The notes under the pieces: model-generated
The model's database searches: none
Told to the model about the DNA's origin: nothing
Seen by the model: the letters and a program-made list of their open reading frames with translations, nothing else
Translations under genes and position numbers: made by a program
Source of the DNA: Anabaena sp. CRKS33
GTDB taxonomy: Bacteria > Cyanobacteriota > Cyanobacteriia > Cyanobacteriales > Nostocaceae
Length of the DNA: 55,883 nucleotides
Assembly: GCA_001672075.1 (NCBI GenBank)
Contig: LJOT01000001.1
Location: forward strand, 1 to 55,883
Direction of reading: 5' to 3'
Part shown: positions 48,613 to 55,883 of the stretch, one piece after another
Layout: the number at the start of each line of letters is the position of its first letter
Numbering within the stretch: position 1 is the first letter of the stretch

Positions 48613-49017
48613 TTAGGGTTTTTGAGTAGCGATCGCTAATTTTGCCCCTTGTACCTGACGCACTTTATCCATAACTACCACAACTTGACCATGGGTGGCA
48701 CTTTGATCAGCGTTAATAATTACAACTACTTCTGTATTTTTTCCTTTTAATTGTTGTACCCTGGTTGGTAAAGTATCCAAGGTGACAGGCTGGCGGTTTA
48801 AACTTAGCTCCCCTACTGGGTCTATTGTGACAGTAATTGGTGAGGCTGATGATTGGGTTTTGGCAGTGCCAGCTTTGGGTAAATTAACTGGTAATCCTTC
48901 GGAACGATTTAGAAATAAAGTTGACATGATGAAAAATGTCAAAATCGCAAAAATGACATCAATCATCGGTACAATATTAATTTGGGCTGGTATATCAGGT
49001 TCATCTAGTAGACGCAT
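48613..49017 (-). CDS. exbD: ExbD/TolR biopolymer transport protein
   Basis: INIVPMIDVIFAILTFF, VNLP, INAD. Confidence 0.92.
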   Translation of the reverse strand: MRLLDEPDIPAQINIVPMIDVIFAILTFFIMSTLFLNRSEGLPVNLPKAGTAKTQSSASPITVTIDPVGELSLNRQPVTLDTLPTRVQQLKGKNTEVVVIINADQSATHGQVVVVMDKVRQVQGAKLAIATQKP

Positions 49018-49019
49018 AA

Positions 49020-49655
49020 TTATTTATCTCCTCTTTCATAACGACGACGATATAGTAATTCTAGTTGTCCACCATATTCTTGAATCCAAGCAATTTGGCG
49101 TAAATACATTCCCCGAAAGCTATTAGCAAAAAATAGGGTAATAATAGCTACCACTAATCCCGATGCTGTAGATACTAAGGCTTCACTAATTCCAGAGGTG
49201 ACACCTGCGGTTTTTGTCCCGCCAACATCACCAATATTCAACGATGCGAAGGAGGTAATTAATCCCAATACTGTACCTAGCAGCCCTAACAAGGGGGCTA
49301 AACCAATAATTGTATCGAAAATGTTCTGAAACCTTTTTAATAGGGGAATTTCTGCCTGTGCTTCACTTTCTAAAGCCAAACGAAATTCTTCTGGGTTGGG
49401 TTCTTCCAGTTCTAAGGCCGCTAAAAAAATCCGAGCTATAGGTAAATCAGCATTTCTATGTAATATATTTAAAGCATCAACCATATTACCTTGACGATAA
49501 ACTTTGAGAACGACTTGGACAATGCGGTTTTGACGGTTGCTGATTTTAACCCAAAAGGTAATGCGTTCGATAATTAGCGCCACTCCTAACACCGAAAAAA
49601 ACAGCAGTGGCCACATGACTATACCACCAGCTTGGAATAAATTACTAATTTCCAT
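49020..49655 (-). CDS. exbB: ExbB/TolQ/MotA proton channel
   Basis: APLLGLLGTVLG and GISEALVSTASGL. Confidence 0.92.
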   Translation of the reverse strand: MEISNLFQAGGIVMWPLLFFSVLGVALIIERITFWVKISNRQNRIVQVVLKVYRQGNMVDALNILHRNADLPIARIFLAALELEEPNPEEFRLALESEAQAEIPLLKRFQNIFDTIIGLAPLLGLLGTVLGLITSFASLNIGDVGGTKTAGVTSGISEALVSTASGLVVAIITLFFANSFRGMYLRQIAWIQEYGGQLELLYRRRYERGDK

Positions 49656-49708
49656 TGACCATTTTGCTAATCTTCCACATTAGATTAACAGATCGTGGTC
49701 AAAAAACA

Positions 49709-49750
49709 AGAATAAGTAAGTATTGTTTTGTATTCAGTAATTTATTTTAC
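49709..49750 (-). promoter_or_regulatory. Candidate NtcA-activated promoter of exbBD
   Basis: GTA-N8-TAC at 49737-49750, then exactly 22 nt, then TATTCT (TAN3T) on the minus strand. The region is AT-rich, so a chance match is possible. Confidence 0.4.
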
Positions 49751-49926
49751 AATAAAATCTGTATTCCTGGGTTAATGGCTGGGAGCAGTTAATCTGTAAG
49801 AATAGGATGCAAAATACTTTTTGCTACTTTTGATCCTTAAAATTAAAAGTTATCAATATAAAACAGGGATATAAATTGGCATTATCTAATTAATTTTGAT
49901 TATTAGGTAATGTCATTTTTGAAAAA

Positions 49927-50385
49927 ATGAGTTATAGGTTAAACATGATGATTTTGAATGAATGGCAGTACAATATCACTAAGGCAGAAATGAAGAAATT
50001 TGAGTTAGCAATGGCTCAATATGCTAGTAAACCAGTTCTAGAAGATGAAAACCAAAAACTACGTTATGAGGCTCGTATTGATTCACTCAAAAGCCAAATT
50101 GAGGAGTTTACTGAAGAGATAAAAGAATACGAAAATCTCAAAAATAATCAGGGTAAAATTGATAAATTGCAATATGATAGTTTAGAAAAACTACCAGAAG
50201 CACTCATCAAAGCGCGGATTATTCGTGGACACACTCAAGAAAGTTTTGCCAAACTTTTAGGAGTTAAACCTCAACAAGTGCAACGTGATGAAGCAAATGG
50301 ATATGCTAGTGCTAGTTTGACAAAACTTTTGAAAATTCAACACACTCTTAATCTGGAAATTCGGGAGGAAATTATCTTTAAATAA
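49927..50385 (+). CDS. XRE-family HTH protein with N-terminal coiled coil (antitoxin-like)
   Basis: LIKARIIRGHTQESFAKLLGVKPQQVQRDEA; the start may be 49945 or 49948. Confidence 0.85.
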   Translation: MSYRLNMMILNEWQYNITKAEMKKFELAMAQYASKPVLEDENQKLRYEARIDSLKSQIEEFTEEIKEYENLKNNQGKIDKLQYDSLEKLPEALIKARIIRGHTQESFAKLLGVKPQQVQRDEANGYASASLTKLLKIQHTLNLEIREEIIFK

Positions 50386-50392
50386 AGGAGGA

Positions 50393-51142
50393 TTAATTGA
50401 CTTTTACCCGAATATCTACACCATCACTTTTCAATTGTCCATCTTCCATGTAAATAATCCGATCAGCTATATCGAGAATGCGGTTATCATGGGTGACAAG
50501 CAAAATAGTACAGTTTTGTTCTTTGGCTAATAATTGCATTAATTCTACCACATCACGGCCTGATTGTTTATCTAATGAAGCTGTGGGTTCATCTGCTAAT
50601 ACTATTTTTGGGTGACTAACTAAAGCGCGGGCTATAGCTACCCGTTGTTTTTGTCCACCGGATAAATTCTCTGGATAGTAATTAATATGTTCCCTTAAAC
50701 CAACGTGTTCTAACATCGCTATAGCTTTGGCATTAATATCACCTTGGAAGTAATTTTCGTGCAACTCCAAAGACATCCTCACATTTTCTTTTGCTGTTAA
50801 AAAACTCATCAAATTATGGGCTTGAAAAATATAACCAATTTGACGACGTAATTTAGTTAATTGTCCCTTACTTGCCCCAGACATTTCCTGTCCTAATATT
50901 TGTAAACTTCCACTTTGGGCAGAACGTAAACCCCCCATTAATGATAATAGGGTAGTTTTGCCCGAACCAGAGGGACCTGTCATAATCACAATTTCCCCCG
51001 CCTTAATCTCCAAATTAATATCAAATAATACTTGTTTTTGTAGCGTACCTTTACCAAAAGAATGATTAAGATTACTAACAGAAATCACTGTTTCTGAATT
51101 AGAAATAACTTCAGGAGCAATAGTTGTAAATTTCAATGGCAT
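50393..51142 (-). CDS. DevA-family ABC exporter ATPase
   Basis: GPSGSGKT, LSGGQKQR, LADEPTA, VTHD. Confidence 0.92.
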   Translation of the reverse strand: MPLKFTTIAPEVISNSETVISVSNLNHSFGKGTLQKQVLFDINLEIKAGEIVIMTGPSGSGKTTLLSLMGGLRSAQSGSLQILGQEMSGASKGQLTKLRRQIGYIFQAHNLMSFLTAKENVRMSLELHENYFQGDINAKAIAMLEHVGLREHINYYPENLSGGQKQRVAIARALVSHPKIVLADEPTASLDKQSGRDVVELMQLLAKEQNCTILLVTHDNRILDIADRIIYMEDGQLKSDGVDIRVKVN

Positions 51143-51192
51143 AGTTCCTTACCTTGGGGTGAGATATAAAAAAGAGTTTTATTGATTGAGAA

Positions 51193-52371
51193 TTAAAAAA
51201 TGTCAGCAGGATCAGCAGAACGGAGTTTTTGCATAGCAATTGCGCCGGAAATAGTACACATAATTACTGTTAAGATAAAAACATTAATTGCCCGATCTAA
51301 TTTCATAGCTATGGGTAAAAGAGTCGCAGTAAAAGTTAATTGATATATCCCAAAAGATAGCAACAATGCAGGTAAATAACCTAATGCAGCTAATAACAAT
51401 GCCTCTTGTAATAAAACTCCCAATAGATAATTATCAGTGTACCCCATGGCCTTGAGAGTTGCGTATTCTGGTAAGTGATCAGAAACATCAGAATAAAGGA
51501 TTTGATAAACAATGACAATACCAACAATGAAACCGACAATCACACCCAAACCAAAAATAAAACCAATACCTGTACCATTAGCCCAATAATCCTTTTCCTT
51601 TTGAGCAAATGTTTCTGGAGTTCCAACTTCCACAAAAGGATTTTGAGGATCTGGATTTAATCTTATTCTCAATTCAGCTTTGATTTTTTCAAGATCAGCG
51701 CCGGGTTTGAGAGTAATTAAACCAACTTCAATTTGATCAGGTTTGCGAGTAGGAAATAATTGTAAAAAAGTGGAATCACTAGCGACAACATTACCATCAG
51801 AAGCAAAGGAAGCACCATTTTGAAATAAACCTTTAACATTGAGATTTTTTCCGTTTAATTCAGTATTAAATTTCCCCGTTGCTCGAAAAATTTTGCCAAT
51901 TTCTCCATATTCTGGACGACTGGCTTCATCAAACAAAACCTGATTTAATTGTTTGAGATCATCTTTATTAGCTTGGACTTCAGGAAATTTTAAACCAGGT
52001 GTAGCTGGATCTACACCCCAAACTAAAATAGATCGATCCATTCTTGTCTCAGGATTACGCCATTGTCCTATACCTATGTAAATAGAACTAACTGATTTCA
52101 CACCTTCATAACTTAATGCTTGATAAAGTCTTTCTCTAGAAAAGCTTTTAACTGAAAATAGAGTTTGAAATTGGGGATTAGTTAAGACTAAATCCGCTTG
52201 TAAATTGCGATGAGGTTTGATAGCAGAATCAAATAATGCACTTTCAAAACCCATTTGAATAAATATCAGTATATCAGCAAAGGCAATTCCCGATACTGCA
52301 ATTACTAACCGCGTTTTTTCTTTCATTAATTGTCGCCAAGCTAGGGGCGTTTTCCGAAATATATTAATCAT
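51193..52371 (-). CDS. DevC-family (FtsX-like) ABC permease
   Basis: KTPLAWRQL, YQILYSDV, EYATLKAMGY, ADPADIF. Confidence 0.92.
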   Translation of the reverse strand: MINIFRKTPLAWRQLMKEKTRLVIAVSGIAFADILIFIQMGFESALFDSAIKPHRNLQADLVLTNPQFQTLFSVKSFSRERLYQALSYEGVKSVSSIYIGIGQWRNPETRMDRSILVWGVDPATPGLKFPEVQANKDDLKQLNQVLFDEASRPEYGEIGKIFRATGKFNTELNGKNLNVKGLFQNGASFASDGNVVASDSTFLQLFPTRKPDQIEVGLITLKPGADLEKIKAELRIRLNPDPQNPFVEVGTPETFAQKEKDYWANGTGIGFIFGLGVIVGFIVGIVIVYQILYSDVSDHLPEYATLKAMGYTDNYLLGVLLQEALLLAALGYLPALLLSFGIYQLTFTATLLPIAMKLDRAINVFILTVIMCTISGAIAMQKLRSADPADIF

Positions 52372-52417
52372 GATTTTTATTTTTTGCACCTTTATGGTCA
52401 AGAATTTACAATGTAAC

Positions 52418-53710
52418 TTACAATTTAATTGCTGTTTGTACTTGTAAGTTAGTTAAGCCAGAAACTCGTTTACTATCTTCAGGATTTAGGCGAATTTTTA
52501 CTTCAATAATTCGACCATCTAAGTTTTCTCCTGGTTGATCACCAAAGACATTTTGGCGCTTGACTTGTAACCCAATTTGTTGAACTACACCCTTTAATTC
52601 TCCTGTAAATCCTTGACTGGTAATTATGGCTTTTTGTCCTAATTTGATCTGACTAATATCGGTTTGATAAACTTCTGCTACTGCCATCATTGTGTTAGTT
52701 TGGGCAAAGTCAGCAACCCCTGGATTATCAATTTTTTCACCAACACGGGCATGAATTTTAATAATTTTTCCCGTCATGGGGGCGCGAATATAAGCTCCTT
52801 GTATTTCGGTTTCTGCACGTTGCAAATCAGCGATCGCACTTGCAACTTCTGTTCTCGCTAATTCTATATCAACGGGACGAATTTCGGCAATACTATTAAG
52901 TTTAGCCTTGGCCTCACTAATTTCTTTATTACTAGTATTATTAATCCGATTTAGAGAAATTTTAGCTTCTGCTAGTTGTTTATTTGCGGTGGTATTAATC
53001 CTTTTGAGAACCGCTTGGGATTCATTTAATATTTGTTTTGCGGTTTCTACATTTAAACGTTTACTATCAATTACAGAACTAGAAATTACACCCTCAGAAA
53101 ATAACTGTTGATAACGTTGATATTCTGCTTCGGCATTTTTTAATTCTGCTATTAATTTATTAATAGTTGCTGTTTGGGCAATTCTATCACCTTCCCATTG
53201 GGCTGATATCCGAGCAATATTTTCCTGTTGGGCTTGTTTATCTCCTGCATATTGGGCTTTAATTCTCTCAACAATTGCTTGCTGTGCGGTAATTTCTCCT
53301 GACTTAGCACCAGCCTTAACTTGCTGTAATTTAGCTTCGGCAACTTTCACCTGTTTCTGTCTTTGAATCAGGGCTTTTTTTAGCAGATCACGAGATTGTA
53401 AAATGGCAATTACTTCCCCTCTTTTTACATTATCACCTTCTTTAACTAATAGTTCAGAAATGCGATCGCCATCTAATGCTAAAGGAGCGGATAATTTAAT
53501 TATTTCTGTTTCTGGTTCTAATCTTCCTAATGCAGTCACCATGGGTGACATTGGGACAATTGGTTTTGCTTCAATTACAGAAGATTTTTCCATTTTGCCA
53601 AAGTTAGAAATCCCATAAATAGCAATTCCTCCTGTTATCGCAGTGGCCGCAACTATTAAAGCAATTAAGCCTTGATTTTTAGGTTTAAACAACAGTTTAT
53701 AACTCATCAT
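52418..53710 (-). CDS. DevB-family membrane fusion protein
   Basis: ALGRLEP, long coiled coil, AEVYQTD, GLTNLQV. Confidence 0.92.
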   Translation of the reverse strand: MMSYKLLFKPKNQGLIALIVAATAITGGIAIYGISNFGKMEKSSVIEAKPIVPMSPMVTALGRLEPETEIIKLSAPLALDGDRISELLVKEGDNVKRGEVIAILQSRDLLKKALIQRQKQVKVAEAKLQQVKAGAKSGEITAQQAIVERIKAQYAGDKQAQQENIARISAQWEGDRIAQTATINKLIAELKNAEAEYQRYQQLFSEGVISSSVIDSKRLNVETAKQILNESQAVLKRINTTANKQLAEAKISLNRINNTSNKEISEAKAKLNSIAEIRPVDIELARTEVASAIADLQRAETEIQGAYIRAPMTGKIIKIHARVGEKIDNPGVADFAQTNTMMAVAEVYQTDISQIKLGQKAIITSQGFTGELKGVVQQIGLQVKRQNVFGDQPGENLDGRIIEVKIRLNPEDSKRVSGLTNLQVQTAIKL

Positions 53711-53754
53711 AATTCCCCAAGTGACAAAACAAATTTCTCTAGATTTATTAATGC

Positions 53755-54348
53755 TTAACTACTAACTTTTAAGTCGGTTTTTTGTCGTAAATAGGCTACA
53801 ATCATTTCTCCTAAAAGCTGACACTGTTCAGAGAAATCAATATTCTCATTACCCCATAATTTCTCTAAAACCACACCATTTACAAAACTCAAAACAAAAG
53901 ACGCTAATACCACGTCTCGAACACCTAATAAATCACAGGCTAACTGCTGACATCGTTGATTAGCACGTTTAAAAACAGTGCTATTAGTTAGCATTATTTT
54001 TGAGTCTTGATGTTGACAAAAATCAACCCATAGATAAGTCCATTTAATTAAGTAATCCTCATTTCTCACAAGATATTGACCCAAAGCTTCCATCAATTCT
54101 AATAGGTTATTTTTTCCTCCAAATTCTGTTAAAGCGGTAATTATATCCTGCTGACTAATTTCTTCCACCAATTGCTCAAATAAAGCTTGTTTATTGGGAA
54201 AATAATGATAGAGTGCGCCAGTGGAAACTTTTAAACCCGCAGAAATCTGCCGCATAGTAATCGCTGCATAGCCTTTTTCAGCAAACAAATTAAAACATTT
54301 ACCGAGTAATTCTTTACGGTATTGTTCATGATTAACAATTTTTGGCAT
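53755..54348 (-). CDS. TetR/AcrR family regulator
   Basis: MPKIVNH...TMRQIS...GALYHYFPNK. Confidence 0.93.
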   Translation of the reverse strand: MPKIVNHEQYRKELLGKCFNLFAEKGYAAITMRQISAGLKVSTGALYHYFPNKQALFEQLVEEISQQDIITALTEFGGKNNLLELMEALGQYLVRNEDYLIKWTYLWVDFCQHQDSKIMLTNSTVFKRANQRCQQLACDLLGVRDVVLASFVLSFVNGVVLEKLWGNENIDFSEQCQLLGEMIVAYLRQKTDLKVSS

Positions 54349-54363
54349 AACAGCTATCGTCTT

Positions 54364-54417
54364 TATATCGAACGCTCGTTATATTAAATAATATAATAAA
54401 CCTAAAGTGTTTGTCAA
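54364..54417 (-). promoter_or_regulatory. Promoter and likely TetR operator of the tetR-devBCA operon
   Basis: TTGACA (54417-54412)-N18-TATTAT; palindrome TATATCGAACGCTCGTTATA (54364-54383, 16/20 symmetric) just downstream. Confidence 0.6.
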
Positions 54418-54472
54418 TCTTGCAGTTCACGTCTGGCTCAATTTCACTACCCAAAGAAGTGAGGATATTTGG

Positions 54473-55864
54473 TTACTCTTTTATTCCAGCCCAAACAGTG
54501 AGAGGTTTACCAACTTTTTTATACAGTAAGCTTTCTAAAATTACACCATTATTATTGGCAGTAAGAGATTTATTTGGCTGATTTAAAGACTCATAAAACC
54601 CGTTGTACCAACCTTGATCAGATTTGAGTTGAGTTTGCACAAAATTAAATAATTTGTCTGTGTAAGCAGTATTATAAAGGACGTGCCAACCTACTGCGGC
54701 CTTAGCGCTGAGAAAACGCAGATCATCATATTTTTTTCCCGTTGTTGTGATAGTTGCCCAAGGTTGTCCATTCACAAATAAGCTACTATAAACAAAGTAA
54801 GGAGCGCGATCTAAATTATCTTCCGTGACAGCAGTTAAAAATTTAGTTGCTTGATAACGAGCTTCTTGAGCAGCTAAAATTCGGTCTGAGTATGCTTTAG
54901 GTAGGGCTTGAAATCCAGTTTCAATACCATCTAAAATATAAGGCTCGCTGAGAACATAATTATTTGCACCTGAATTTTGATAATCCCGTCGATCATAAGG
55001 AACACCCTGCCCGTAGAGGTCTACAAACTCTGTATTAGATGTATAATCTAAGGCTTTTTTGACATCTAAACCCCAGAGTTTTAACCCATAAGCTCCATAA
55101 TTTTCATAACCTAAACGTCCTTCTTGGGTATACTTTTCTTGACCAGCAATAACAGAAGTACCGTACATTTGCCCGTTTTTAACCAAGCGCTTAATTTGCC
55201 AATACTTCCAGACGGCTTCTGTTTGCGATCGCATTTTGGGATATTTTGTACCCACAATATTCAGCCATATAGCTAAACGTCCTAAATCCAAAGCAGACCA
55301 GCCAATTTCTTCTCGTTTATCTAATTGACCATAATTTACAGGTATCAATGTTTTTGAATTATAGACTTTATTCGGTAATTCTCCCTTATACAAAGGCATA
55401 GACGCTAGAGTTTTTAACATCTGACTCATTTTGCTCTCAAACTCTTCTACCGTAATGATATCAAGTTCTTTAGCACTGACCAAAGCAGCCATAGCAGCGG
55501 CTTGGTCCCACATAGTAACAGAGGCAAAATTATTTACAGAATTAACCAAGCCAGTTTGATCGTTCCAATTACGTTGGAAGTATAACCAAGCTTGACGCGC
55601 CATTGCAGTTTCCTCTGTAGTTAATGTCCCACTTCCGGGCGCGATATAGGGTTCTTTGGCGGTTGTCAATTCCGCAGCGGCAATGGGTTTACCTGCGACA
55701 ATTGTTAATTTAGTATTCAGCTTGCTAATACTATCGGTATTTATCGTTAAATGCTTTGACAAAGAATTTAAACCTATAATTGCGATGACAGCGGTTATAA
55801 CTCCGCCAAAGGTAGCGATAAAAGATAGTTTTTTTGATGGTGGCTCAAAATCAGAATTCATCAT
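54473..55864 (-). CDS. Membrane-anchored or secreted DUF3131-domain protein
   Basis: N-terminal TM helix; ARQAWLYFQRN, TMWD, LPNKVYN, WSALDLGR, QEGRLGYENY, SEPYIL, TANNNGVILE. Confidence 0.9.
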   Translation of the reverse strand: MMNSDFEPPSKKLSFIATFGGVITAVIAIIGLNSLSKHLTINTDSISKLNTKLTIVAGKPIAAAELTTAKEPYIAPGSGTLTTEETAMARQAWLYFQRNWNDQTGLVNSVNNFASVTMWDQAAAMAALVSAKELDIITVEEFESKMSQMLKTLASMPLYKGELPNKVYNSKTLIPVNYGQLDKREEIGWSALDLGRLAIWLNIVGTKYPKMRSQTEAVWKYWQIKRLVKNGQMYGTSVIAGQEKYTQEGRLGYENYGAYGLKLWGLDVKKALDYTSNTEFVDLYGQGVPYDRRDYQNSGANNYVLSEPYILDGIETGFQALPKAYSDRILAAQEARYQATKFLTAVTEDNLDRAPYFVYSSLFVNGQPWATITTTGKKYDDLRFLSAKAAVGWHVLYNTAYTDKLFNFVQTQLKSDQGWYNGFYESLNQPNKSLTANNNGVILESLLYKKVGKPLTVWAGIKE

Positions 55865-55866
55865 GG

Positions 55867-55883
55867 AATTGGTAATTGGTAAT
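55867..55883 (+). repeat. STRR heptamer (AATTGGT)n running off the window edge
   Basis: AATTGGTAATTGGTAAT. Confidence 0.65.

Noticed and set aside
47988-55883. Genomic island integrated at tRNA-Arg
   Set aside because: I saw no integrase and no duplicated tRNA 3' end, and the downstream genes carry HIP1 sites like the host backbone.

Overview
AT-rich chromosomal segment of a heterocyst-forming cyanobacterium (Nostocales; Dolichospermum/Aphanizomenon-like by inference from frequent HIP1 GCGATCGC sites, heptameric STRR repeats and REP/MITE-type intergenic repeats). It is mostly core genes: DAHP synthase, prlC, ndhV, dusB, ndk, speA, scpA, pdxH, moaC, tRNA-Arg(ACG) and exbBD, plus an mrp Na+/H+ antiporter operon, a four-gene two-component cluster and a TetR-devBCA-type exporter. 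There is no CRISPR array, integrase or intact transposase. The most interesting signals are: (1) a cellulose-synthase-like GT2 transcribed divergently from an unannotated secreted DUF3131 gene with a PSDSK repeat, next to a complete RsbU/V/W partner switch, with a second DUF3131 gene at the opposite window end; (2) two tandem, structurally matched putative ~70-nt sRNAs at 34.9-35.2 kb that share an upstream box also clustered before the NarL regulator; (3) a threonine-synthase-like plus sulfur-carrier gene pair with an operator palindrome, possibly making homocysteine; (4) a CIRCE box before a small hypothetical gene; (5) several scars: direct repeats around the mrp operon, a duplicated TM2 3' end beside a tnpB remnant, and a DUF1778 pseudogene. 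All family calls come from motif reading, not database searches.
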